From Catajapyx aquilonaris (Eukaryota), in the NCBI GenBank assembly GCA_000934665.2, contig KZ538005.1, positions 1 to 64,000 of the forward strand: a DNA stretch of 64,000 bases. Reading direction: 5' to 3'. Under the pieces are notes generated by a model, which did not search any database, had not been told where the DNA came from, and saw only the letters and a list, made by a program, of their open reading frames with translations. The position numbers and the translations under genes are program-made. Below are positions 51,264 to 64,000 of the stretch, piece after piece. Each line of letters starts with the position of its first letter. Within the stretch, counting starts at the first letter, position 1.

Positions 51264-54200
51264 TATATAAGATACTGTACTTGTAAAGTTAGATATCTAG
51301 TCAATGTTAGTTCCTTGATTCTCAGGATTTTTCCGGCTAAGTCTAGCATATCTCAAAATAGTTTTTTGACAAGGAATTCTCCAGTCATGGGAAACACATT
51401 TAAGATGAGGGCATTCTTGGAAGGGAGTTTCGTTCTTTCCAACAACCCCCTCCATGCATCGTTGCGTGTCCCACCCCACTTGGAGAGCCGGGTGCTGCCC
51501 CCATAGAATCACAGGTAGAAAAAGGGAGCTACCAAAAAAACACACATTGCATAACTCCCGAGTTCCCGCTCGGAGACACTTGATTCGTTATTAACCTTTC
51601 TGGGCTGGCCTCTGGCCTCGGCCACACGCGATCATTTAGGCCCCGTCACGAAAGCCTTTTACATGTCAAGCCCTAACCTGCGCAGCTAAGACCCTGGCCA
51701 GCCAGACCTGCTCCGTATTCACACCCCCGGAAATCAATTAAGGCAAAAGCCCTAAGGTCATTCATGGCACCCTTTGTCTTTCCCGCTCGCCTTTCATCTC
51801 AATTCGTGTCTCTCGCTCGCAACCATTGGATAGGATAACTCACCTCTCACAAACTGACACTGCCTAATATATGGGGGGAGGGGGGGGGGTTTAGGACCAG
51901 CTTGCTGGGTCAACACGCACTTGACGATTGCGTTTTCACGCAGATATAAAGAGCAGTGTCGTCGTAAATATATCGTAGATAAACTGGCACCGGCGGATGC
52001 TACTCGTACTGATATCAAGCAGTAATAATGTGTTATAGAGCAATATTGCACCCGTTGGTTCTGTATATGGTGGCATGCAGAGAAATTCACTATGTAAGTC
52101 TGAAAAAACAGTTTTGAGATAACATTATCATTAAGCAGTTACTTTGAACAGTTTAATAGCTTATCAATGAGCACTCTCTGTAGGCTATACAGGGTTTAGG
52201 GTTTTAGGCACTGTACCTTGAGGACGTCTTGGCTTATTTTTACTTTCAAGGTGCAGAGAGCTGGTTGTCATTGATGGTAAACTAAGAACAAATAATTAAT
52301 CCTTTTTGAATAACATGGGATTAACCACTTGTTATGGGTTTACTGTCAGGTAACCGGGTCTCAAACGATACGTCAGCTTGTAGATTGTGAACCTATAGGT
52401 ATATACAGTGCACTAAGCCACGTTTTACGTGACATTTCCCGGCCATTTGTACAGTCATCATTTTCCGCGTATAGTGACGTTGAAGGTGGTGGCGGCTTTC
52501 ATTTCGGACAGGTCCGTCATGATTGCATCACGCGATGTGCACGTTGCATCGCAGTGTATTTTTGTGCGAGTTAACCGGGTAACCTAATCTTGTAGTACAC
52601 ATTAGATTGAAAATAACTTGTCAGAGGAGGCGTACAGTTTATGGGATATCGTACCGTTTCATAATCTTGGTTGAATGTGGCATACAAGTGAAATCAGACA
52701 AGTGACAGTAGTCTTATGTATAGGGCCTATCTATAAAACTGGAGCATTTTCATAACATCAAGTAAGCGACATTATTTCCACGAAAATCATTCAAGTTCTG
52801 GTTGATAATTCATCAAGAGAACGGTTAGTAAGGCTGTAAACAGCCGTTACTTTTAACTCCAAGTAGCGATTTAATCTGTGACTGACATGGTAAGATGGTG
52901 TCACGCAAACGCCACTTACTGCAGTAAGAAGAATATAGTGTTGAATCCCAAGTAAATGGAATTCAAATGTTAATACGATAAAAAAGTTACTCATAAAAAA
53001 GAACATACCATATTTATTAAATTATATGCCGCTTATCACACACATCCTCTCGGAAACGACACTTTCAGGTGTCAAATGCGACAGTTGGAGAAAAATAGTA
53101 TCAGCACTGTTCTGTCGTCACAAATGTCGCAGCTGATATTTTAATTAAATCATACTTAAAGTAACTCTGTTACATGGATGACATGCTTTCCTACTGATAT
53201 AATAATAGGCAAGGTTGTTGCTGTTGAGTAGAGAAGAAGACATCGGTAGTCAAGCCACGCCGCCACCAGATGTAGGTGTGATACGTGGCCTCGTCTCTTC
53301 TCGACTTTCCGCTCTTTCTCTTCCACTATGCACTAAATTAATCACAATGTGCTGTGTAACTTACATCTACGATACAAGGCACCATCTACCTGCTTCCTTA
53401 TATCGATCCTTTCATTCTCGTTCAGTCCAAGCTTTGATACTAAGTTCAGATCGAGATCCGGCAACGACTTTTGTTGGCTGTTGCCCGGGACTCTTTTGGA
53501 TTTGAAGAAGCCAAAGGTGGGATGGGTGGAAGATCGAATCCTTCGGAGCTGCTTCTCTTGGTATTTTTTCTCACCCAGAGCCAAGGTGTCTGCTCCCACA
53601 TTCTGGGGCTTCCAGATAATGAAGCCTTGCACGAGGGATGTTTGGAGGTCGGTGTGGGGGGATATGAAGGTGGGAGGGCTTGGCAGAGTTGGCGTCATTA
53701 ATTTCTTCGCCCGCAAATGGGATTTGGTGTGAGCTTTGGCGGCCTCGCACAGCCTGGCAATCACCGCCAGGTGCTGAAGGAAAGTGGGGGGTAAGGGTAG
53801 GGAGAGGAAGGGAGGGAAGGTTAAAAAATGGCCGCCTGCCTTCTACTAAACTGCAAGATATTCTCGAAGAATGTTTTTTTTTTTTTCCTTCGAAGGTGGA
53901 AGGGTGGGTGGAGAGTAGGGTTGGTTCTAACCGCACGCGAAGGTTGAAGGTTGTCGGCGTTTTGGTCAACGTGCGCAGTCAGTTCGGGTTTCGATTGAAA
54001 TCGCCGGGAGAAAACTGACGTCTGACAAGCTCACCCCAGCATATGCTTCTTTGCCACGCGAAGAAGGTCACAATTCTGTGAGGAAAAGTGCTGGGGGGAG
54101 ACTCTGCAGAAGAGAAAATATTCAGGTTATGGAAGGGATTCAGAATTCATATTTTGATGGATAATTCCAGCCAGCACTCGCTGGTGGCACGTTCGAGAAC

Positions 54201-55277
54201 TATCGCTTATAATAGAATTTTTATGTCACTGCGAGTACCATGATACATAGTAGTCTACATGTACCGGTATACCTGAAATGTATGAGCTATTTCTAAAATT
54301 ATTATTTTTTAAATCACAGTAAACATTTTATTCTGTGGAGCGCAGCCTTCCTGAGACAGTAATATTGTCTACTGTATTAATTTTTTGCCAATATGGTGAC
54401 TTATATCCCTTGCCATGGGAAATTATGTCTTCTTGATAGTGCAACCACGAAAGCGGGATTGCTTATGTTGAACAAGCCGGGGGATTGGCATACAGCCGTG
54501 TTTTTATAAATCTTATGGTGAAGGGAAAAACTGGCTTGTTAATAACCGTGATTATTTTAAGTTCCGGAATAATTGAAGGGTAGGCCGGTATTAAGTGTAG
54601 CTGAACTTTTCCACGTTTTTTGTGCGGTATTTGAAGCGTTGCATGCAACAGAAGTGAATTTTTGGGGTTAAAAGTGGAAACACTGGAAAAACTAACGCTC
54701 GTTGCTGCTGTGCGAAGGGCGTTTACATTCACTTGGAATCATAGCGCATGAGTAATTGACCATCCCAAACTATTATGCGAAGGATCTGTAATAATTACTA
54801 TCGCAAAAATTTTACGAAAGGTGTGATTTTAGGACATTTTAATATGAAATCTATTTTAATCGATTACGAAAATTTCCACGTTGTTAAATTCAAGACAGAC
54901 CGTGGTTCAGAGCATAGTGTTAAGTTTTTCTTATTATTGTTCCATTTTATTCCCGCCACCAAGCACACATAACCACAAGGTGCCATCGGATCAACTGGAA
55001 AATCTAAAATGGCAAGGACTAGGCTATACTAAAATTTATTTGGCGAAAGGTGTTTATGGTTTGCTATAAGTTTCAGAGTGTAACATGTTCATTGGGTATA
55101 CCCTGCATTTCTGAAATTGTACATTCTGGCCTATAATTCAATGGTATAATGTGTACTTTACTGAGAAAGCAGGTTCCATCCTAAAACCACAAGCTGGTGG
55201 GCATGTAAGCGTCGGTCAGACAGAAGCTGCTTCTGTATATCACACGAATCATTACGATCGCGTCTACGGGGTTATCG

Positions 55278-55332
55278 TATAGGCCGGGCTTTCTCCAAGT
55301 CTAGCCTATAGCCTTGGAGAAAGCAGTCTATA
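55278..55332. repeat. Small foldback (possible mini-MITE remnant)
   Basis: A perfect 12-bp inverted repeat, gctttctccaag (55288-55299) / cttggagaaagc (55313-55324), extending imperfectly to tatag..ctata ends. Confidence 0.45.
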
Positions 55333-55366
55333 CACCTATGTCAACTCACCCGAGTTCAGCATCTCT

Positions 55367-55373
<7 letters not shown>

Positions 55374-55445
<72 letters not shown>
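55374..55445. repeat. (AAT)n microsatellite
   Basis: Perfect trinucleotide run. Confidence 0.99.
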
Positions 55446-55472
55446 TACATACATACAGTACATATAGCGACT

Positions 55473-55793
55473 TGTCTTCACTAAGGTGTGGGGACGTGAA
55501 AATTCAACTTTTGGAAGCTACTGTAAACTAACCTAACCTAACCTAACCTACCCTATACCGTAACTAACCTAGGCTGAGAAAAATGGATTATTGTGAAACC
55601 CTACAAATGAAAATAGTGGGGACATGTCCTCACTAATTTCGACATGTCCCCACTGTAATAGTACACATCACGGAAGAAAACTCTGTGGGGACCGAGAAAT
55701 GTCCCCGCAATTCGAACTGTGGGGACACACCCCACAGACGTCCCCACAGCTACAAAAAGCAAAAACGTCCGTCCCCAGACCTTATTGAAGACA
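55473..55793. mobile_element. Non-autonomous element with 24-bp inverted ends, an internal (AACCT)n tract and repeated GTGGGGAC/GTCCCCAC motifs
   Basis: The left end tgtcttcactaaggtgtggggacg matches the reverse complement of the right end tgtcttcaataaggtctggggacg at 22/24. aactaacctaacctaacctaaccta lies at about 55526-55550. Several gtggggac..gtcc(c/t)c(a/g)c stem-loops occur at 55616-55748. TACA-type simple repeats flank it. Confidence 0.8.
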
Positions 55794-57229
55794 TAAATAC
55801 ACATAATTATACCCATACATACTGTACATACATACACATACATTTCTTCACGGCATTATAGTTCCCATGGAGGGATAGCCAGTGGTGTTACCTGACCACC
55901 TCGTTAAAACCGACATAGGGCCTACGTATAATGACACCTCGGGTGACTGGTCAGGCCACGCAGAGTAAAATAAAAATGTTCGGAACGTTTCAAAGTTTCC
56001 TGGCTGCTGCTGCTGCTGCTGATATTATAATACGTGATATATAATACGATATTATAAACGTTGTGAACATTTTCATTTTATTTGGGCAAATCCAAGTTTG
56101 TAGGGTAACTAACTGTATATGACATAACTATAGAAATGTGCTACTTCCTGCACAAAGCGTACGGTACTCTATACGTACAGTAGCCTACATTGTGCTAGTT
56201 TGACACAAGGACTCCCATGCCACTCCGTCATCTCTATTCTTATAAATGTGATTGACTAAGTTTACGAGACGCTTAAAAATTTAATACCACATAATTGATT
56301 GGTCGTGTTGCCTTCTCAAGTTTTACTCACCAGAGGGGATTTTTAAAGATTCCCTCGCGTCTTACCTCTTTCTGCTCCAGCAATAATATCTAAGCTCCTC
56401 ATTTTTTATTATTATTAAGCATATTCGTACAATTATTGACTTTCGAACCCTTACACTGTTGACATTTTAATGGCCATGCAACCTACTCCAAACGACGGTC
56501 CAATTTTGTATCCGATAATTTCAAGGGTATCGAAGCAAAAGTTAGTTAAAATGTGATCAATAGCGCATTTCTAGAGCCATGAAGAGCTTCCCCCCTTGAA
56601 AGTTTCTTTTTTTCTTTAGTTAGTCTTTGGAAAGAAGTCTGTCGCCTAGTGAGGGCATTTCTTCTGGGCTCCCGACTTCCATCGGTGGCACAGGCAAAGT
56701 GGCACCTTGAGCAGAGGATAATGGGCACCAGAGGGAGAGAAGTTTGTTCGTTGATGCGTTGCAGGTTCTCATTCCCCACGATCGAGAGCGCCGGAAAAGA
56801 GCCCGAGTTGCGGACCAGAGTACTAAACGTTCATGTAAAATGACAATTTTCCGGATGGCTGCCTCCAGTTTCCAGGGGGCTCGGTATTTATGTGTCGCCT
56901 GGGTGATGACGACGCTCGCGATCATCTTGTTTCCTCTTTCTTCAGGCCTTCCTTTCATCTATCTGACATGGAACTCGGGCATTATATTTTGAACCAGGGA
57001 GGTCTCATTATGGGAACGCAGAAATAGTTTAACTTCAATTTGACAGGTTATGAACATTTAAATATGGGTCTAGCACGAGGTGTAATTATAGCATTGTCAG
57101 TGGTATTCTTTCAAATAACCATTGCATCAGTGTTGTCATACACAATTATTGGAAACGGCTTTTTTCGCATGAATTTGGACTACTTACCATATTGAAAGTA
57201 CATCTGACCAGATGCTTGAGCAATCATAT

Positions 57230-57247
57230 AACAACAACAACAACAAC

Positions 57248-57296
<49 letters not shown>
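57230..57296. repeat. Compound (AAC)n(AAT)n microsatellite
   Basis: Seen directly; it produces the TTTTIIII ORF artefact. Confidence 0.98.
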
Positions 57297-57298
<2 letters not shown>

Positions 57299-59948
57299 AA
57301 ACAATCATGTTCTTCAAGGTACCCATCACACCTATAATCTTACATCTGAAAATAATGGTACATTTGCTAGATGAGGTATTTTCAGCCTGTTCAAATATTT
57401 AACTTCATGTCGCATTTCAGGCTTTCAGAGATACGGTAGAGGTTCATTTAGGGACAGGATTTTGGACGCTTGGTTATTTTCAGTTGCATCCGTTACAGCC
57501 CATAGAATGAGGTGTGGAAGCCCATTCTGTTCAAATAGGTTTGTCTGCATGTGAAGAGTCATTAGAGCTGCCCATAAAGCATACGGGCCTAATGGACTTA
57601 ATATTTCAGCATACTTCTGTCTCAGATTCCTCACTTTCCTCGCTTTCCTAATAAAACATTGAATGTGCATGGTAAGCAAATTCTAAAGATTCTTCCTTGA
57701 AATGACTGCCCAACCCTAATAATAGAGCATATAGGTGTTGCAATTAGTATTCCTCAGCAGTCTATAGGGTACCCAACCGTGCCAGATGTTCCCAAATTAG
57801 TAAATCCTAACAAGTTTGTCTGCAGCGTTGCCATTAGAACGACACCTATTAGGAATGAGGCTCTCAGGGCCTGGGGCGAGATCGCGTGTGGCAGCGGAGT
57901 GGCCACCCAGGGACCCACCAATCCAACACAATAATGGGGTCGGAGTGTTAGTCTAGTAGCAAAGCCACCGGAATGGAAAACGCTGATGAGACTCCCGCTG
58001 TGACCCGGTAATACAGACGGCCAAATTAATTCAAGAATGCTGCTCACTCGCGATTCAGATATCACTCCAATTTGCATGGGCATGGATCATCAAGTCTCAC
58101 CCTTTGTCTAGTGCTGCCCATCGTGGGAATGGCCGTGAAAATGCTCCAAATTTCAGGCTCATGTTTGGTCGGGGTCCAACACCGGTTAGGACAAAGCTGG
58201 AAGCCTCCTTCCAGGTCCCCTTCCTGGCGAAACTCCCAACAACGCCATCTAGTGGACGCGTGGGTAAAAGGTGATCCAAAATCGGCCATTTTGAGACCCA
58301 ATCTGTTAGGAGATATATCCGCAACGTAGTGCAGGTGCCTATATTCCTAGCCCACTTTTTAAAAACTTGCACTTTACCTGCGACTCCTGTATTAATAATG
58401 CCGTCCGCCATTCATCACCTTAGCACAATGCAGAGCGGAAATAATTTCTTCCAGGTGGCTCCCATTTCCTAAGCCGACTTGGAAAATTGCGGCAGGATCT
58501 CAAAACCTCCACGCTGATTTCCACCCATAAATCATGGCTCCCCAATCTGAGTAGGAGAGCCAGGGGGGTGAGATGGGAAAATTGGGTGTAGAACTAAGTT
58601 TTTTTTTACATCCAACTGTAGGTACAGTGCAAGTCAACAGTATGTATCAATTGAATATGTATGATTAAGATAGGCTGATTTTTTTGTGGAAATCTGCGCA
58701 GTGAGTCGGTACGGCATGAAATCGATGGGATTAGGCCTGAATGGGTCTCCCCCCGCATGTTTGAACTCTCATCCGGCGCTAATTTGGCGGCAGAGGTTGC
58801 TTAATTCGCCTACTCCATTGATTGGTTAAAGCTGGCATGTCCACACCGTAGTCTGGACCCCCTCACCCACCCACCTCCCGCCTTCCCCCACCAGCATCTG
58901 TGTCAATATTTGCCTCCAGCCGAGTGGGGAGGCCCCCGCTTTGGTACCAATTGTACCATTCTTGGAACCCAGAAGCCCGCTCAGATCGGGGAAGGAAAGT
59001 TCGCAGATGTGTTGGCCACACTTTTACATAACATTCAGGAGTTTCAGATTTACTTTAGTGGAGGAGAAAACTTCTGCTATTTGTTGTACGCGGGAGGGTA
59101 ATTAGAGTAATGCATTATCAATGTCGCTGGTGATGAACTGTATGGGGGAGTCGATATATTTACCCATTACAAACTAATTTGCTGCAAATTGCAACTGGAC
59201 AGTAATGGTCCAGGCACCAGGAACAAGTATATATTTTTGCTAGTTTATTGGGCTATAAAATAGCGTTGTTGATGGAGGAAAGTGGAGTAGGAAATAGGCC
59301 GATATTATGATGCTAGCTGTGGCAATCTACTGAATTAGGTGTTCAAGTTGTCATTGGGGAGGGCCTGGGTTTGATACCCTGGGCCAGGGTAGGGCACGTC
59401 GCATTGTCTCGTACACAGGCTCTTTAAGATTTTTTTTTACACGAGATTGCCATACTGTAGTTGATTTTGGCGAGGATAATCGCATGCCAGTTCCAGTGCT
59501 GTCACCCACGTGAATGGCGAGAAACATCATATTTATTCATATAATATTATAGGCAGTAGCTGGCATATCTATACGATCTCCCAAAAATAGTCTTTGTTAT
59601 TTATCAACTTCCTCTTCTGCCAGTAAAAGTTCAAAAACCCATCAAAATTTGGTACTTCAAAGTCATATCTATGGTGGTATCTAATGTATAAGGTCATAAA
59701 ATAATATAAGCATTAGGATACTACACTTCGCCATTTCATTTCCCTCTATCTTCTCCCAGCAGAGGCAGCATTCAGAAGTAACCATTATTTTGAGGTTTGG
59801 CTGGGTGCCTTCCCATTATTACAGTAGCACTGGATATGAATTACAGTCAACTTCTTTTCCATATGAGAGGGTGTAAATATAACACATTGTATGACTAAAA
59901 AGTTAGTCACCGTTCTGCAGTTATAACATTTTTTTGAATTTCTATATA

Positions 59949-60372
59949 CAGGGTGTATCTGAACTCAGTGCCCCGACATATATGACTTCCTTCCTAGCCA
60001 CCAGAGGATCAACTTATGTAGAGGAGTCATTATGTCTGGGAAGCCTCATTACTGCGATACACTCTTTAGCGATTTTTGCCTAATCGCTCCTTCTGACTTT
60101 TAAATAGAATTATCTGGTGTAACTAGCCAAAGAGGCCTTACCACCTGTGGGCAACAAGCCAACAAAGTCCGGCCCCCAGACCTTCCAGAGCCTTCTGACT
60201 GGGGGAGGGTTCGATGGGTGGCCTAACCGACAGGATATTTTGTACTACATGTTTCGGCCAATTATCTCAGTAATGCGGCGGCCATACATAATGACTCCCA
60301 TACTTAAATCGATCCTCTGGTGGCTAGGAAGGCAGTCATATACGTCGGGGCACTGAGTTCAGATACACCCTG
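59949..60372. mobile_element. Tc1/mariner-type MITE, family C
   Basis: TA|CAGGGTGTATCTGAACTCAGTGCCCCGACATATATGACTTCCTTCCTAGCCACCAGAGGATC ... GATCCTCTGGTGGCTAGGAAGGCAGTCATATACGTCGGGGCACTGAGTTCAGATACACCCTG|TA. The TIR is near-perfect for about 60 bp and imperfect beyond. Confidence 0.94.
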
Positions 60373-61608
60373 TATAGAGACGTTAAATTCTACTATTTCT
60401 GACACTTTATTACTTCAGTTATCGAATTTTACTATCACTACCACTACCACTGAGGCAAAAGATGTCACAATAAAGATGTTTCACCAATGTGCAACTTTCA
60501 AAAAAGTGAAAGGATCGGCGCATAAGTTTTGGTATTATTAGCTATATGATAAAGTAATTGATATTTTGAATAATAATTATGCATACAATGACGTTCGCAT
60601 ATTTATCTGATATGATTATGGTGTGACATCATCCAAATGGTAGGCCTAATAATAGGTGTCTCCTCTCAAAATTACATCGCGTAATTTTAAACAAATGTCA
60701 CCTTATAATGTTGAAGACATCCGGGCACGTGAATGTCAGACCAGGTGTAAAAAATTTTCTTTTTTACATTTACAAAACCAGCTCTGTAGGCATTGTTTGA
60801 GTCACCATAGTCGCAAAAATAAATAATGCCTGAATGCATGGGGTATCCTGCAAAAGTTGTGGAATGAGCCGGACTGTTCCTGAGTCCAGTACTAATGAAA
60901 TATTTTCATTTGGCGCCGCAGGTTGGGACTATCAAAAGAGCATACATTGTCTGTACCAACCCGATTCTTTGACCTCCCCCTCCCCTCTCCTCCCCTCCCC
61001 AAGCCCCGGAGTTGAGCAATTCAAACCTGTTCCCGTGTAAAACAGCAGTAAAGTGGCGGAGTAAATTTCACAGCCCCGACCGACTTAATTGAAATGTTGG
61101 GGAGGCATTGCGTAATTCCGCTGTCCTCTAATTACCGTCGGTGCAGCATAATTCAATGAAATTATAACGCCTTCCAGTGCGATGCAAAATGCACCGCAGT
61201 TGCACTGCAGGGAACTCTAATGTCCAGGGTGGAGTGAGAATAATAACCCCAGGCTCTCCCCTGCCATGCCCTCCACCCTCTAACCCTCCCAAAAATTCGG
61301 ACAGTCGCGGCCACCGGGTTTTAAGTGGTTGTTCTGGTTGTAGACCAAGCAGCACTCTGGGCCACGGGAATAAATCCAGGGGCCCTCGGTTATGAATTGC
61401 AACCTCCGGACCCTGTTTCCAAGCAAGTTAAGGCCGCACGGGACCGTTATAAGGACGCTTGCATAAATGAAGCCCGGCTAAAGACTCGGGAATTGCTTAC
61501 ACCCCTATTCATTATGCCTACCTTCTATATCTCAAATCAAGCTCAGTTTAATTTTTAAGTCGCAGGCATTATTCCATCAAGAAAAATGGTGGAAAGTAGC
61601 CTACTATA

Positions 61609-61763
61609 TATGGGGCTCAAATTGTTTTGGCCACTTATCCTGGTCTTGAAGCAACCCTTCACACACACACACACCCACCCACACACACCTGCTCAACGTG
61701 GGGCCTGTGCGAAGGGTTGCTTCAAGACCAGGATGAAGTGGCCAAAACAATTTGAGCCCCATA
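61609..61763. mobile_element. Short hairpin MITE (TA-flanked) with a CA-rich loop
   Basis: Arms of about 55 bp: tatggggctcaaattgttttggccactt(c)atcctggtcttgaagcaacccttc(a/g)caca and its reverse complement, differing by 1 indel and 1 mismatch. The loop contains acacacacacacacccacccacacacac. Confidence 0.88.
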
Positions 61764-61964
61764 GTACCTAGCAAAATAATTCGGGGAATTTATTGTGCAG
61801 TACCAGTTATAATAATAACTAATGGGAGTTATTTTCATATCAGGTTTACATGCTCACTTATAAACACCATGTCACATATTATGAGGATCATTAGGTTCAT
61901 CCCTCCTGACCCCGCAAGGTCACTCAGGCTTGTGGTCGTGATCAAATAATACAACAGGTTCGGA

Positions 61965-62207
61965 CAGTGACGTAGCCGGGGGGGGGGGGGGGATTTTTNN
62001 NNNNNNNNNNNNNNNNNNNNNNNNNNNNNNNNNNNNNNNNNNNNNNNNNNNNNNNNNNNNNNNNNNNNNNNNNNNNNNNNNNNNNNNNNNNNNNNNNNNN
62101 NNNNNNNNNNNNNNNNNNNNNNNNNNNNNNNNNNNNNNNNNNNNNNNNNNNNNNNNNNNNNNNNNNNNCCCCCCCCCCCCCGAACTGGAACCCTGGCTAC
62201 GTCACTG
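61965..62207. mobile_element. hAT-type MITE spanning the assembly gap
   Basis: TIRs CAGTGACGTAGCC / GGCTACGTCACTG. A perfect 8-bp TSD, ggttcgga, occurs at 61957-61964 and 62208-62215. Poly-G and poly-C lie inside the TIRs. Confidence 0.9.
61999..62168. other. Assembly gap (170 N)
   Basis: Run of n characters. Confidence 1.
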
Positions 62208-64000
62208 GGTTCGGAGCAACCAATTTATTAAACCAGCCCGAAACAAAGCCGTCTCACGACTCTCTATATAAAGTCAAACCCCTCCCCACCATACAGGTCC
62301 AAACCCAGACGCCACTGCTCTCTAGTGAGATTTCTATGAATTACCCTTCCTATCCCGCTTCCCTGAAATGAAATTCTTGCTAGTTTTACACCATGCCATC
62401 CTTTCCGCTTTTCTCCTCCATACGGTGTCAGCAGATTTTGCCTATACCACCACTCAAAAAAAGAGGGACCGCAGCTTTCACATCTTCCGAATCTCATCAC
62501 GCCATATTAGCCCCGAGTCTAACAACAGCAGGAAGGGAAAAAAAGGCCACCTTTTTTCTCATCCCGCTGATCACGAACAATCCATCTCATAAAAACAGAG
62601 CCAAAGAGACGCATATATATAAAGAAGATGCAGGAACGCAATTGAGGGTTTGGAGACATTGTGCGGATGGTGAGCAGGAATTGCTCCGTGAAGATGGAAG
62701 GACCGGGTCGAGTTTGCCTTCCGTCTTCAACTGGCTGCCAAACCAGGTTAGGACCCAACGAACCAATCCTCCTTTTCCAACTGGGACTCTCAGATCCGTG
62801 TTCGGGGACAGGACTATGGCACCACTACCACCCAGCAGCCTCTCTGGAAAAAAAACGAGTGTGACGTCATGTATAACATGGATGGGGAGGACTTACAAGG
62901 ATTGGGTTCGGGTGCAACAAATCGAATCAATGGAGGACCACCTGAGCGGAGTTCTAATCGGTTTGGGTTGGTTGGTAAGAAGGAAGCAAATGGTTGCATC
63001 ATTCCCCAGCAGAGCAACGAGTTCTGCGGATGACGGGTCTCATACACTATGTCCTAAAAATATGGGGAGTGTACCTTCGTCATGTCATACCACCATCGCG
63101 CTCTGGGAGTTGTTAGACCATCCTAAGTTAAGTCATATTTTCCTTTGAAGCAACGTCTCAAACACTTCCTGCGAGAATCCCCTGCAGACCTATTCCCGCC
63201 CCGGACTGACATTTTCCAAATAATTTCAGCGTATACCCTGCAGCTCACTTTGTTATTCCCAATGCTGCAGCTTGCAAGGAGACTCTTCTCTCTCACTTAC
63301 TGCTCGGGCCCGAATTTTCCGTCATGAATAAATCACAACCGCCGGAAACGGCACGAATTGGGTGCTCTCAGGGAGAGTAGACACACATCGTGCCTTATAC
63401 GGCCCATGTATATCCATACCAGTTGGTGTATATATATGTATAGGCATATGCATTGCCTCCCCCACCCGAAGCTGAGAACGCTCTTGTTGGGCCCAGAGCG
63501 AGGAATAATCGGTCACTATCGATTGGAAAGGGGGGAGAGATCTATTGGCATCTGCGAAAGGGACCGATGCTTGCACTTATTGTACCTCTTCTGAGCCCGC
63601 AGAGTGCGCGAATCTATCATGACTATTCATGGCTCCGGCTTGCATGTCGGCGTACCAAGGGGCGTCGGATTCAAAAGACATGGCCATTCAAGCTGCTGCC
63701 TGGTAACTTGAACCCACATCGATTTCCTCTTAATTATTTACAATTTTCCCACACAACTCAAGCCGGCTGGGGTAAATACCATGTAACAAAACATGCGACG
63801 GAAAAGTAAAACGCAAGTGCGCCTAGCTCAAGATCAGTAACACCTAGCAAAGCTTCGTAATAACTGTCACCTCCAGTCACACTCAGTTCTTGGGAAGTTA
63901 CATTACACTTTGGGTAGAGAGAAAGCGCAGGAGGAATGTGGACTTGACAGGAAATTATTAAAAATAAACATCAAGTTTCGTCTATGAGTTTTAAAACAAT

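Noticed and set aside
57425..58411. Minus-strand ORFs with hydrophobic segments faintly like ionotropic receptor helices
   Set aside because: The supposed motifs are weak and in the wrong order, and the frames are broken.
62393..63148. Longest ORF in the track (251 aa, + strand)
   Set aside because: It has no recognisable domain, no convincing splice signals and a random-looking composition, and overlapping frames are similarly open. It cannot be supported without a search.
1..64000. CRISPR arrays, prokaryotic operons, rRNA and conserved animal miRNAs
   Set aside because: I saw no regularly spaced repeat-spacer array, no gene-dense organisation and no match by eye to mature miRNA sequences I remember. 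A formal Rfam or miRBase scan was not possible.

Overview
This is eukaryotic, almost entirely non-coding DNA from an animal genome, probably an arthropod (inferred from TTAGG-type repeats and SINE motifs). It has one 170-N assembly gap. Nearly all ORFs in the six-frame track look spurious. The only convincing host coding sequence is one minus-strand exon (36762-36651) with strong splice sites, a start codon and a signal-peptide-like segment ending in a phase-1 intron. This suggests the window is mostly the very long introns of a gene for a secreted or cell-surface protein. There is also a frameshifted fossil resembling a Polinton/Maverick (adintovirus-like) minor capsid (penton) gene at about 49.4-49.8 kb. 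Small transposable elements are abundant: three families of TA-flanked CAGGGT-ended MITEs, a GGGGAGA-ended non-autonomous DNA element, a PIF/Harbinger-type MITE nested in a SINE tail, a hAT-type MITE with an 8-bp TSD, three tRNA-derived SINE families with related 3' tails, and an inverted-repeat element carrying TTAGG repeats. The rest is GC-rich, TAAT-rich islands in AT-rich spacer. I found no CRISPR array, rRNA, genuine tRNA gene or complete new multi-gene system. Family assignments come from recalled motifs and structure, not from database searches.
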